From Candidatus Bathyarchaeia archaeon (GTDB lineage Archaea > Thermoproteota > Bathyarchaeia > Bathyarchaeales > Bathycorpusculaceae): 64,000 bases of DNA. The translations under genes and the position numbers were made by a program. Within the stretch, counting starts at the first letter, position 1; every line of letters starts with the position of its first letter. Shown piece after piece: positions 47,821 through 55,732 of this stretch. The stretch is taken from NCBI GenBank assembly GCA_038727135.1, contig JAVYWL010000001.1:128001-192000 (forward strand), in the 5' to 3' direction. A model generated the notes under the pieces. The model searched no databases and was not told the origin of the DNA. It saw only the letters and a list, made by a program, of their open reading frames with translations.

Positions 47821-48309
47821 CTACGGGTTTTGGAATTGCACTTCCACTTCAGCCGTCCACTCTTCACCGCTGCTTTTGGTCCCTTTGCTTGCCACTATAC
47901 GAAGCATGTTTACAGCAGCGTCGCTGCCTCCATTAGCCACTGTAACCTCATTCCAAGCAAAGTTTGCCTCGTTGCTTCCAAAGACACTTCTGAAAACGGC
48001 TTTCTTGTCGCCGGCTTGTGAAGGGCCTTGTGGATAGCCGCTTGCCATGCCCTTATAATACTTGTTTGTGCCTTGAAGCCCCGTTTGACTTTCGCTTTCA
48101 GAGGCTGTTCCGTCGCCCACGCCGATGTAAGCGTTTGAGCTGTTAAAGGGGGTTGCAGTTAATCCCAAAATTAAGTTCCACATTTCATTCATGCCTTCGA
48201 TGAGGAAGCAGTTGTGGCTGCTTTCTTCTACGCTGTAGGGTTTCTGCTCGTAGACACGCCTTTTAATCACACGATACTTCACCAACGCGCCTACTCTAAT
48301 CTTCTCCAT
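47821..48309 (-). CDS. putative virion structural protein
   Basis: AYIGVGDGT..E...QTGLQG, EANFAWNE, KGTKSSGEEW motifs recalled from tailed-virus structural proteins; ATG 48309 follows a ggagg RBS. Confidence 0.6.
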   Translation of the reverse strand: MEKIRVGALVKYRVIKRRVYEQKPYSVEESSHNCFLIEGMNEMWNLILGLTATPFNSSNAYIGVGDGTASESESQTGLQGTNKYYKGMASGYPQGPSQAGDKKAVFRSVFGSNEANFAWNEVTVANGGSDAAVNMLRIVASKGTKSSGEEWTAEVEVQFQNP

Positions 48310-48358
48310 TTTCAATCCTCCATTTTGTTTTGGGTTTCTCGCATAAGCGGAAAGCCGC

Positions 48359-48592
48359 CTATGTTCGAGCCACCTCCCGCAAGGTTCCGTCAGCATTCCA
48401 AGAAAAGGTGAGGGTGAAAAGAAGCTCGTCGCCCATAAACGCCTTGAGGGTGTTAACAGTGCCATCAGCGTTCCAAGTAAACGTCAGCTTTGTAACCCTT
48501 TTACCGCTTGGCGGCGCCATAAGCCCGCATAAGGCGCTGTGGACAGCCTTGAAAGCCTCTTCATAACGCCAATAGGGCACCTCTTGGTTCAT
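48359..48592 (-). CDS. small protein with tandem LTF(T/S)WNADGT repeat
   Basis: LTFTWNADGTVNTL and LTFSWNADGTLREV; ATG 48592 after ggaggag. Confidence 0.6.
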   Translation of the reverse strand: MNQEVPYWRYEEAFKAVHSALCGLMAPPSGKRVTKLTFTWNADGTVNTLKAFMGDELLFTLTFSWNADGTLREVART

Positions 48593-48615
48593 TTTGCTTG
48601 CACTCCTCCATGTTC

Positions 48616-48855
48616 TCAGTGTTTTGCGGTGTCCACGAGCTTCTGAAGCCAAACTGTGATGGCTGTTGGTCCAACAAGCGCCGTGTAAACGTCAAAGGTC
48701 ATTCCAGCCAAGTCCAAGCCAAGAGCAGAGAAAACCGCAATAGCCACTGTCCGCAGGAACTTTCGCCAGTTGAAGGGCTTATCTTGGGCTGCAAATCCGA
48801 GAAAGGCGTAGGTTAAGGCGGCGCCCACGCCTAAACCAATATGTAGAAGGTTCAT
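48616..48855 (-). CDS. small membrane protein (holin-like topology)
   Basis: 2-3 hydrophobic helices in 79 aa, inside the virion operon, ggaggtgg RBS. Confidence 0.5.
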   Translation of the reverse strand: MNLLHIGLGVGAALTYAFLGFAAQDKPFNWRKFLRTVAIAVFSALGLDLAGMTFDVYTALVGPTAITVWLQKLVDTAKH

Positions 48856-48964
48856 CCATCCACCTCCTTAATGTTAATGCCTTTTATTGGCTGTTCCGCC
48901 ACTCCAGAAATGGGGAAGCGCATCCATTTTCGAGGGGAGAAAGGAGAAAACCGCAAAAACAGCA

Positions 48965-50185
48965 TTAGGCTTCCTTCCGCCTTTCTGGAGTGGTTTCGGA
49001 GCGCTCCCACAACTCCCAACCCCACTTTGAGGCGTTCTTACGAAACTCTTCTGGGCGGATAAGCCCTAATTCGGCGGCTTTCAACATGTCTGCAACGCTT
49101 ATCTGGGGCGTCTTAGGAGAACCCCAGTTTAGGCGAACCCCAGCCTCAACAGAGTCTAGTCCAGCCTGAAAAAGAACGGGCTTGAAAATGGCGTGTTCCA
49201 CTTGCCGCTTAATGTAGCGTTGAATGGGTTTTATGAGCATATCCTGCAGCTCCAATGCGGCTTTGGCGCTGGCTTCGGTGAAGCCCGGAGTGCTGAAAAG
49301 CCTCGGCAGTGGCGTTTCACAGCCAAGATAGAACTGGTTAACAATGTAGTCGATGTAATATTCAAATCTGGCTCTGGGGTCTATTGTGAGCGGTTTTATG
49401 TCGCCTCTCCCGCTATAGAATAGCCAGACACCCTCTTCTGGGCGGCTCTTAATGGCTTTTTCAAACTTTTGGATAGTGCCGGCGTCAGCCCTCTCCAGTA
49501 GGGCTAAAACGTCTGGTCCGGCATACTTCTCAAAGATTTTTGGCATTATGCGTTCAATTTTTGCTTTCATCCAGGCGTAGGCTGGTCGCCGGTCAGAAAA
49601 GAAGGCAAGCGTATGCAATAGAACCTGTAAAACACCTGTTCCAAAACCGGAAGAGCCTAAACAGTTTATTCGCCAGTGGATAACCGCCTCTGGATTTAGG
49701 GTTTCGCCGCCATAAGCCAAGCGGAGCTTGTAACCCTCAACCTTGTATGGGATTTTCAGTCCGCCATCTTGGATTAGGCTGTACTCGATTTTTTCTACGG
49801 CGTCCACTGGCAACCGCTGGAGACCTGTGAGCCTTTCAGGTGTTATTTTGAGCCAGAAATCGTTTCCACAGGCGATTAGAACTCTTGCCATATCGCATAA
49901 GAGCATGTCCAAATTAGCCTCTTCGTTAAATTGGTCTATGACTCGTTTGGCTTCCCCAGCCCTTGCATAGTTCTCGTTTACCGTTGTGTAGAAGCCCATT
50001 CCAACGGCTGAAGCCGCCAAAAGGTCTACGCTTGCCTTGCATGCTGGATCCCGCTCATAAAGCCTCATAACATCAGCCAACGGAATGCTCGGCGTCTCGT
50101 AGACCATTTGAGGTTCTACGGAAGCGTAGCCGCTATGCCTCTTCAAAGTGAAAGCTTCAATGAGCCTTCTTAAAACGCCGCTCAT
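48965..50185 (-). CDS. portal protein
   Basis: LYERDP...SVD, LIACGNDF, VIHWRIN....GFGTG, GFTEASA, IKPIQRYIKRQVE..IF; 406 aa. Confidence 0.85.
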   Translation of the reverse strand: MSGVLRRLIEAFTLKRHSGYASVEPQMVYETPSIPLADVMRLYERDPACKASVDLLAASAVGMGFYTTVNENYARAGEAKRVIDQFNEEANLDMLLCDMARVLIACGNDFWLKITPERLTGLQRLPVDAVEKIEYSLIQDGGLKIPYKVEGYKLRLAYGGETLNPEAVIHWRINCLGSSGFGTGVLQVLLHTLAFFSDRRPAYAWMKAKIERIMPKIFEKYAGPDVLALLERADAGTIQKFEKAIKSRPEEGVWLFYSGRGDIKPLTIDPRARFEYYIDYIVNQFYLGCETPLPRLFSTPGFTEASAKAALELQDMLIKPIQRYIKRQVEHAIFKPVLFQAGLDSVEAGVRLNWGSPKTPQISVADMLKAAELGLIRPEEFRKNASKWGWELWERSETTPERRKEA

Positions 50186-50189
50186 AAGC

Positions 50190-50462
50190 CTACAAGCCCT
50201 CCAGAAGCTTCAAACCCTTCTCTGTTATCATGTATGGTGCACGGTGACGCCTCTCGCTTTTCGCCACGTAGCCGCCTTGAACAAGGTATCGGAATATCCC
50301 CTCGAAGGCGCTGTGGGTTCCAAACTGGCGGATAGTCCTCTTCTCCAGCTCTGTCCTGCCCAGCGGGCGTTTTTTAAGCTCTGAAAGTACAATCTTCGCC
50401 AAGTGCAGCCTGTCGCCGAGCTTACGCATCAGCCATAACCTCCACAGGCTTTTGCGTGCCAT
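50190..50462 (-). CDS. winged-helix DNA-binding protein
   Basis: PLGRTEL...F.YLVQGGYV....Y.ITEKG wHTH pattern. Confidence 0.7.
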   Translation of the reverse strand: MARKSLWRLWLMRKLGDRLHLAKIVLSELKKRPLGRTELEKRTIRQFGTHSAFEGIFRYLVQGGYVAKSERRHRAPYMITEKGLKLLEGL

Positions 50463-50697
50463 AAAAATTGGGGTGGTGGCGGGTGCAAACCATTAGGACT
50501 TGCATTTCCCTTAAGCCGTCCAACCCGTAGGTTTTCGGCGCAGTGTCAGGCGTGTAGGGCGTCATCTCCTCTCCGCATATTGGGCAGATGCGCCAGCAGT
50601 CGCAGACTACGGCGTCTTGTCTGCTTCGCAGATGGTGGGTTCTGCCGCATTTCTGGCATTTTGCAACAAGAGTTTCCATAAAGGATGCACCCGCCAC
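50422..50697 (-). CDS. small Zn-finger protein
   Basis: CQKCG, CDC, CPICG and C..HH. Confidence 0.65.
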   Translation of the reverse strand: MAGASFMETLVAKCQKCGRTHHLRSRQDAVVCDCWRICPICGEEMTPYTPDTAPKTYGLDGLREMQVLMVCTRHHPNFYGTQKPVEVMADA

Positions 50698-50729
50698 CCT
50701 TTTTCAAGGATTCTTCAGCGACTGTTTGG

Positions 50730-51683
50730 CTACAGCGAAGTGCTAATGTTGACCATTTTGGCTACTGCCTTGCTGCGTAGTACGCCTAAGCCAAAGCGGG
50801 TTGTTGCCCTAACTCCGAACTCGCCCGTCCTAGGGTCTTCCCAGTCCTCCACAGTTATGTCTCTGCGGAGAAGCATGACCGCTGCCACTCTTGTGTCTAT
50901 GGCGTAAGCCACTCCGTTGGGCACTAGGGTGCTTGCCAAAACCTTCATGCCTAAAACGCTGCCGACAACGCCCCGCTCCAAATCCACATGTTCGGAAGGC
51001 AGGTACTGCGCATGAATGAACTTGTCATCGTTAAGCAGTTGGTGGAGTTGAACCTCGTTTAGGGCTAGCACTGTTGGACGCCAGTTTTCGCCCCTAACAG
51101 CATTGTGAAGCTTAACAACGCCAGACCAGTTTAGGGCTTGCCCATTATTGTCTATTGGGGCGCCGCCAGCCAAATCCGCATTGGCAATAGCCCCATACAT
51201 GGATAGAATCTTGTTGGTTTCAGCCTCGCCTAGGGCTCTTCCAACCTTCTCAGTCATGGTTTCCATAACATTCCATGTGGCGTCTTCCAAAAACTCCCTA
51301 GTCCAAACTTCAGAAGCCTCAGCCACAATGTTTGTGTAAACGTCCACGGTGCTGACCTTCTTGCCACTAAGCCTCGTGTAGGCGCCCTCAGCATAACGAT
51401 AAGCCACAGCCTTCTCATCTAACGGGAATCTTTCCATGGCTTCAGTTGTGGGACGCACCATTACGATTTCTCTTCCAATCATTTCTGGGTAGGCAGCCTC
51501 AACCAGCGTATCATGCATATGCCCAATGGCGCCAACGGTGTCGCTGAAAAGCCTCTCTTTAAGGGCTACCTCACAGTAACGCCTCAAAAAAGGGTGCGAC
51601 GAAGCCCTTCGGCTCAGATTCTCCATGAGCTGGCGGAACTCGCTGTCCGTCTCCATCAAACTCTCAAAAAGTCTCGGTTTCAC
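50730..51683 (-). CDS. major capsid protein (HK97 fold)
   Basis: AEGA, TREFLEDA..NV......VGRALG..E, GSVLGMKV..S..VPNG, RFGLGVLRSKAV; 317 aa. Confidence 0.9.
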   Translation of the reverse strand: MKPRLFESLMETDSEFRQLMENLSRRASSHPFLRRYCEVALKERLFSDTVGAIGHMHDTLVEAAYPEMIGREIVMVRPTTEAMERFPLDEKAVAYRYAEGAYTRLSGKKVSTVDVYTNIVAEASEVWTREFLEDATWNVMETMTEKVGRALGEAETNKILSMYGAIANADLAGGAPIDNNGQALNWSGVVKLHNAVRGENWRPTVLALNEVQLHQLLNDDKFIHAQYLPSEHVDLERGVVGSVLGMKVLASTLVPNGVAYAIDTRVAAVMLLRRDITVEDWEDPRTGEFGVRATTRFGLGVLRSKAVAKMVNISTSL

Positions 51684-51695
51684 GACATGTCCCTC

Positions 51696-52127
51696 CTACT
51701 TTTCCACGTAGATGAAGATGAGGTCTTCAGCCGCAGAGGCAGACTCCAAAGCCCACCCAAGCTTGCGGTTATAGTATATGGTGTAGGTTGCTGTCCCACC
51801 TTCGTTCACGGCTTGGTCTGTCAACTGCAGTACCCGCCTACTGGAATCAGCACCGTAAACCGCTTTACCACGAGTTACAGCGCCGCCAACCTTCACCTTA
51901 ACTCTTCCACGAACCAGCACTGGGCAAGGATCGCCTGCCGCCACACTCTTTAGGGCTATGCCAATACAGTCCTGCGCTGAAGCTGCTGGGCTAACCTTGT
52001 CATCAGCACTTAAATAGACTGGGTCGCCCTTTGTTATGGCTGCTGCAGCCTCAAAGGTTTCAATAACGGCCCTAGGGTCGTCTGTTTCGCCGATACCCAT
52101 CCAAGGCTTACCAGTGTTGTCAGCCAT
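51696..52127 (-). CDS. DUF2190-like capsid decoration/cement protein
   Basis: FEAAAAITKGDPV, IGIALKSVAAGD, VGGAVTRG, GWALESASAAEDLI; directly upstream of MCP. Confidence 0.8.
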   Translation of the reverse strand: MADNTGKPWMGIGETDDPRAVIETFEAAAAITKGDPVYLSADDKVSPAASAQDCIGIALKSVAAGDPCPVLVRGRVKVKVGGAVTRGKAVYGADSSRRVLQLTDQAVNEGGTATYTIYYNRKLGWALESASAAEDLIFIYVEK

Positions 52128-52235
52128 AAACCCACTCCCTCTCCAAACGTGAAACTGGTTTCAGCCAGTTCGTCCTGGCTTACTCCCGAAAAGGCGTGAA
52201 AACCGTCAAAGCAAGTTTCAAAGTCTAAAATCATT

Positions 52236-53405
52236 TCATTCACCGTTCCCGCCAAACTTCTGAAGCTTGTAGATGACGCCGCGAAGTTCTTGGCACATGC
52301 GCTGCGGGCCTAGACCCCAGCTTCTCTCAACCATTGGGCTTGGCAAAACGTTCCTAAGCATTCCAATAACTGTCTCCACTGGAATCACACGCTTGGCATT
52401 TTTCACAAAAACCCCTTCAACCAAGCTTCCGCTGTTTACGCTGACGCCTTTGCCAACGCTTTGGGAAGCCTTAACTGGTGTCATGTAGGCTGGATGCAAA
52501 CTGAGCCAGTCGCGGATTTTCCGTTCATCCCACATCTTCTCCTTGGCAAAGAATATGCTCTGAACAAGGCTGGTGTCCGGCTCCGCTTTAGGGCGTCCCA
52601 TGATGGCTAAAACTCCATTTTCACGGTCAAGCCAAACAGTGGCGAAATGCTCCGGCATAAAAGCCTCCACGTCCTGGTAAAATCCAAGAATGTACTCTTC
52701 AGAAGCTATTGGGCTGAAGCCCTGCTCACTAAGCCTCTCCAAGATTTGGATGTTTGCCTCTGGCACGCCTGGAACAGCCACAAGGCTGAGTTCGGCGTTG
52801 TGCAATCCTCTAGGAATTTTGCCATCAACAAAATCCAGCCTCTCATAGTCGGCGCCTATGCTCACGTGGCGGATTAGCCCCTTGCGGATTTTTTCAGCTA
52901 TTTCGTCATCGTAAATTTCAGCCTCATACCATAGGCTCTTGCCATCCCATTGGGCATCTACAACCTTTCCAACAGCATTCGCGGCAGCCACATGCTCCAC
53001 ATAAACGGGCGCGGAAACAAGCCGACTGGCAAAGGCTTCAAGCTCTTCTGGCAAGTAAATGTTCAAGTTTCGGCTCATGCCAGCAGTTAATGCTATGCCG
53101 CGGATGCGCAGCGGCTTATCAACAACCTTCTCAAGCACTTTGAAGGGCAAGACGGCAAAGTAGTGCTCCTTTCTGCCACGATGCCTTTCAAACCATTCTT
53201 TGGCCTTCTCCAAAGTCCATCCCTTAGAAACATCAAAAAGGTAGCTAACCACCTCAGTGGAGCCTTTGCCACCCTTGGGCTTGCCAATGATGGCTTTAAT
53301 CCCATCAGCCTCAGAAAGCACAATAGTGCGGAGACTTTCAGGCTCAAACTCATCCGGGTTTCGGTGGCCACTACGAATATAGTTGGCGGTTACTTCCCAA
53401 GGCAA
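52236..53405 (-). CDS. prohead (capsid maturation) protease with a duplicated accessory domain
   Basis: IRGIA...SRNLNIY..EEL, VYVEH (His), HVSIG (Ser), ELSLVAVPG.PEA. Confidence 0.85.
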   Translation of the reverse strand: MPWEVTANYIRSGHRNPDEFEPESLRTIVLSEADGIKAIIGKPKGGKGSTEVVSYLFDVSKGWTLEKAKEWFERHRGRKEHYFAVLPFKVLEKVVDKPLRIRGIALTAGMSRNLNIYLPEELEAFASRLVSAPVYVEHVAAANAVGKVVDAQWDGKSLWYEAEIYDDEIAEKIRKGLIRHVSIGADYERLDFVDGKIPRGLHNAELSLVAVPGVPEANIQILERLSEQGFSPIASEEYILGFYQDVEAFMPEHFATVWLDRENGVLAIMGRPKAEPDTSLVQSIFFAKEKMWDERKIRDWLSLHPAYMTPVKASQSVGKGVSVNSGSLVEGVFVKNAKRVIPVETVIGMLRNVLPSPMVERSWGLGPQRMCQELRGVIYKLQKFGGNGE

Positions 53406-53558
53406 CCGGACACCAGCCCCTTAACACGCCGTTCTCAGTAAAAGAGAATACAGCAAAGAAAATGAAAAGCCGAATTGTACCACACAAGGGCCAATCTATT
53501 AGCCCAAACACGGCCCAACCTGTTAGCCTAATGGCAAAATTTTCAGAATGGGAAAAGG

Positions 53559-53885
53559 CTAGTCTTTTGTTTTCCACCATATTATTGGGAAGAACCAGAA
53601 GAAGGGCCAGATAACCCAATACTCCTCAGCAGCATGGGTGCATATTGTAAATATTGTTCCGCATTTCTTGCACCTCATTGTGCGTCTTCCAACAAGCTCT
53701 AGCTCTTTTGAGCCACATTTTGGACATGCATAATCCTCCACTTTTATGACTTGCGGCCTCTCGTAGTAGGCTGAGGTTTTCATCCATTTTAGGAAGGACA
53801 GTGCCATAAAGGCGAAGATTAGGAGGAAAAGCACAAGCATTAGGATTATGATGATGCTTGCGATAAGCGAAACGTCAAAAGCCAT
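53559..53885 (-). CDS. membrane-anchored Zn-ribbon protein
   Basis: N-terminal TM, CPKCGS...CKKCG, Trp/Phe-rich C-terminal tail. Confidence 0.6.
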   Translation of the reverse strand: MAFDVSLIASIIIILMLVLFLLIFAFMALSFLKWMKTSAYYERPQVIKVEDYACPKCGSKELELVGRRTMRCKKCGTIFTICTHAAEEYWVIWPFFWFFPIIWWKTKD

Positions 53886-53890
53886 TACGC

Positions 53891-54136
53891 CTAGATCACC
53901 CATGTTATTATTTCCTCTCCACGCTTTTGTTTTCGCCTTAACCAAGCCCTTATGAATTCCTCTATCTCGCGTTTGTTGTAGGGGTCTTGCCAAGCGTTTT
54001 CTAGGGCTTGACACTTGTTTAACGCGCCCACAAGCCCAAAATAGGCTAAAAGCTCATGGTAAAGCAGCTCTTTTTCCGTTTCATTTAGCATTACGCCGAT
54101 TTCGGCTAGGATTGCGGTTAGAACTGCTCGGCTCAT
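53891..54136 (-). CDS. hypothetical protein
   Basis: ATGA-coupled to the upstream RHH gene. Confidence 0.55.
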   Translation of the reverse strand: MSRAVLTAILAEIGVMLNETEKELLYHELLAYFGLVGALNKCQALENAWQDPYNKREIEEFIRAWLRRKQKRGEEIITWVI

Positions 54137-54564
54137 GGGCGTTTCCTCGCGCCTTCTTTGGTTTTGAGCCATTCCTCGTACTGTTCTAGGGCTCTTTGAA
54201 TCTGCTTGTAGATGAAGTCTTCAGCATTGGCATAGGGCGTGTCCATCTCTTTTAAGGCTTTGTTTAGTCTTTCATAGTCTTCCCTTGGAACTTCCACATA
54301 CTCGTATTCGCCGGATTCCCACTTCAGCATGAAGCGCACCGCCTGGCGGATAAACTCCTCCTTAGTTGTGTAGCCCCTTCCTCTGTGGGTTTGGATGAAG
54401 CGTTCAACCTCGCCTAGGAGTTCTGGCGGCAATATAACCGACTGGTATAGCATAGCCTCAATGGCGTCTTGGTATGTTTGCATCTTGCTGGTTTGAGCCA
54501 TAAGCTCGCCGAGCAGAGCGGTGAGTTTCTGATGGACGTCATCTGATATGCGCAACGTTTTCAT
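54133..54564 (-). CDS. multi-RHH (CopG/Arc-like) regulator
   Basis: MKTLRISDDVHQKL, SVILPPELL.EVE.....GYTTKEEFIRQAVR and a third similar unit. Confidence 0.7.
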   Translation of the reverse strand: MKTLRISDDVHQKLTALLGELMAQTSKMQTYQDAIEAMLYQSVILPPELLGEVERFIQTHRGRGYTTKEEFIRQAVRFMLKWESGEYEYVEVPREDYERLNKALKEMDTPYANAEDFIYKQIQRALEQYEEWLKTKEGARKRP

Positions 54565-54656
54565 TTTAACCCCTTTTCTCCGTGATATTTTGTGTGGAGT
54601 AAGTCTTTTAAGTGTTTCTGATATACTAAATATACAGAATACGCTGAAGGCAAAAA

Positions 54657-54839
54657 GTGATGCCTAGAAAACGCATAGTAAAAGTTGTCCTAAGCGCCGA
54701 GCAAAAGGAAATATTAGAGGAGCTTTCGAAGAGACTTGGCACAAGCGAAAGCGAAACCCTAAGGATGGCTTTAATGAACTACGCGAAGGAGCTAAGCCTA
54801 ATGAAGGAGCGCGTCCGAAAACAAGCCCCAAAACCCTAA
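54657..54839 (+). CDS. CopG-like RHH regulator (divergent)
   Basis: VKVVLSAEQKEILEELSKRLGTSESETLRMAL. Confidence 0.75.
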   Translation: MMPRKRIVKVVLSAEQKEILEELSKRLGTSESETLRMALMNYAKELSLMKERVRKQAPKP

Positions 54840-54969
54840 ATCCGATTCGAATTCCGCCCAATCAACAATTTAAAATTGAGGCGCCACACAAATTTTATAA
54901 CGAGAAAAAGGGTAAACCGTTACTCTAATCTGGATGGGGCCAATTTAGGGAGGATAAGAGGAGCAAAAG

Positions 54970-55302
54970 TTGACGGGCAAAAGCTTCGAGGGAATCTTGC
55001 TGGAGGCTATTGACGAGGCTTTAGCCTCGCTGGGTGAATCCGCAAAACAATCAATTTATTATCACCTTGAAGAAAAGTTCAAACTACCCAGAAAAGAGAT
55101 CCCGAAACGCATAGGGGATTTTGCAGAAGGCCTCGAAAAAATTTTTGGCATAGGTGCGCGGTTTCTCGAAATCCTGATAATGAGGAAGCTTTATGACCGC
55201 ATTGGTATGCCCCTTGAATGGGATGAGCGGAAAGAGTTTGTTTTTGTGAATTATGTGGAAGCTGCTAGGGAGAGCTTTAAGAAGGGTAAGGCTAGGCGTT
55301 AA
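54970..55302 (+). CDS. small helical archaeal signalling-associated domain protein (DUF3227-like), paralog 1
   Basis: LEAIDEAL.SLGE..KQ.IYYHLE..F......IP.....F..GLEKIFG.GA..LE..I..KLY. Confidence 0.65.
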   Translation: MTGKSFEGILLEAIDEALASLGESAKQSIYYHLEEKFKLPRKEIPKRIGDFAEGLEKIFGIGARFLEILIMRKLYDRIGMPLEWDERKEFVFVNYVEAARESFKKGKARR

Positions 55303-55402
55303 GTGTTTTATTGATTTTGGATTCATAAGGATTTTAATTTTGTTTTTCGAAAAGGTTTAATGCATCTTAATATTTAATATACTGAATTAAAGGCGAACAG
55401 AA

Positions 55403-55729
55403 GTGCCCCCAAAAGACTTCCAAAAAACATTCCTAGAAGCCATCGAAGAGGGACTATCAACCCTCGGCGACACGCCAAAACAAGCCATCCTATACCACTT
55501 GGAAAACACCTTCAAAATAAAACTGGATGAAATCCCAAAAAACCTAACAGAATTCCAAAAAGCCCTAGAAAAAATCTTCGGACCTGGGGCATCATACCTA
55601 GAAAAACTCATACTGAAAAAGCTTTACGACAAGTTTCAGCTGGAATTTGGGGAACCAGAAAACCAGCAGCCAAACCTAATGAGCGGGGTGGAAAGCCTAA
55701 AAAAGCGCATTTTCTCGGGTGATGCCTAA
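55403..55729 (+). CDS. small helical archaeal signalling-associated domain protein (DUF3227-like), paralog 2
   Basis: Clear paralog of 54970-55302 (LEAIEEGLSTLGD..KQAILYHLE...LEKIFGPGA.YLE). Confidence 0.65.
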   Translation: MPPKDFQKTFLEAIEEGLSTLGDTPKQAILYHLENTFKIKLDEIPKNLTEFQKALEKIFGPGASYLEKLILKKLYDKFQLEFGEPENQQPNLMSGVESLKKRIFSGDA

Positions 55730-55732
55730 AAC

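Larger units (their letters stand above)
32120..54839 (-). mobile_element. head-tail (HK97-fold) virus-derived region: defective provirus or GTA-like element
   Basis: Co-oriented protease, capsid, portal, neck, tail and terminase genes; no integrase or att repeat seen; boundaries approximate. Confidence 0.85.

Noticed and set aside
52140-52200. Hammerhead ribozyme in the capsid leader
   Set aside because: A stem followed by GAAA is present, but the CUGANGA core is missing
54840-54862. tccgattcgaattccgccc as a tRNA T-arm remnant (attR)
   Set aside because: Only a vague resemblance; it matches none of the three tRNAs in the window
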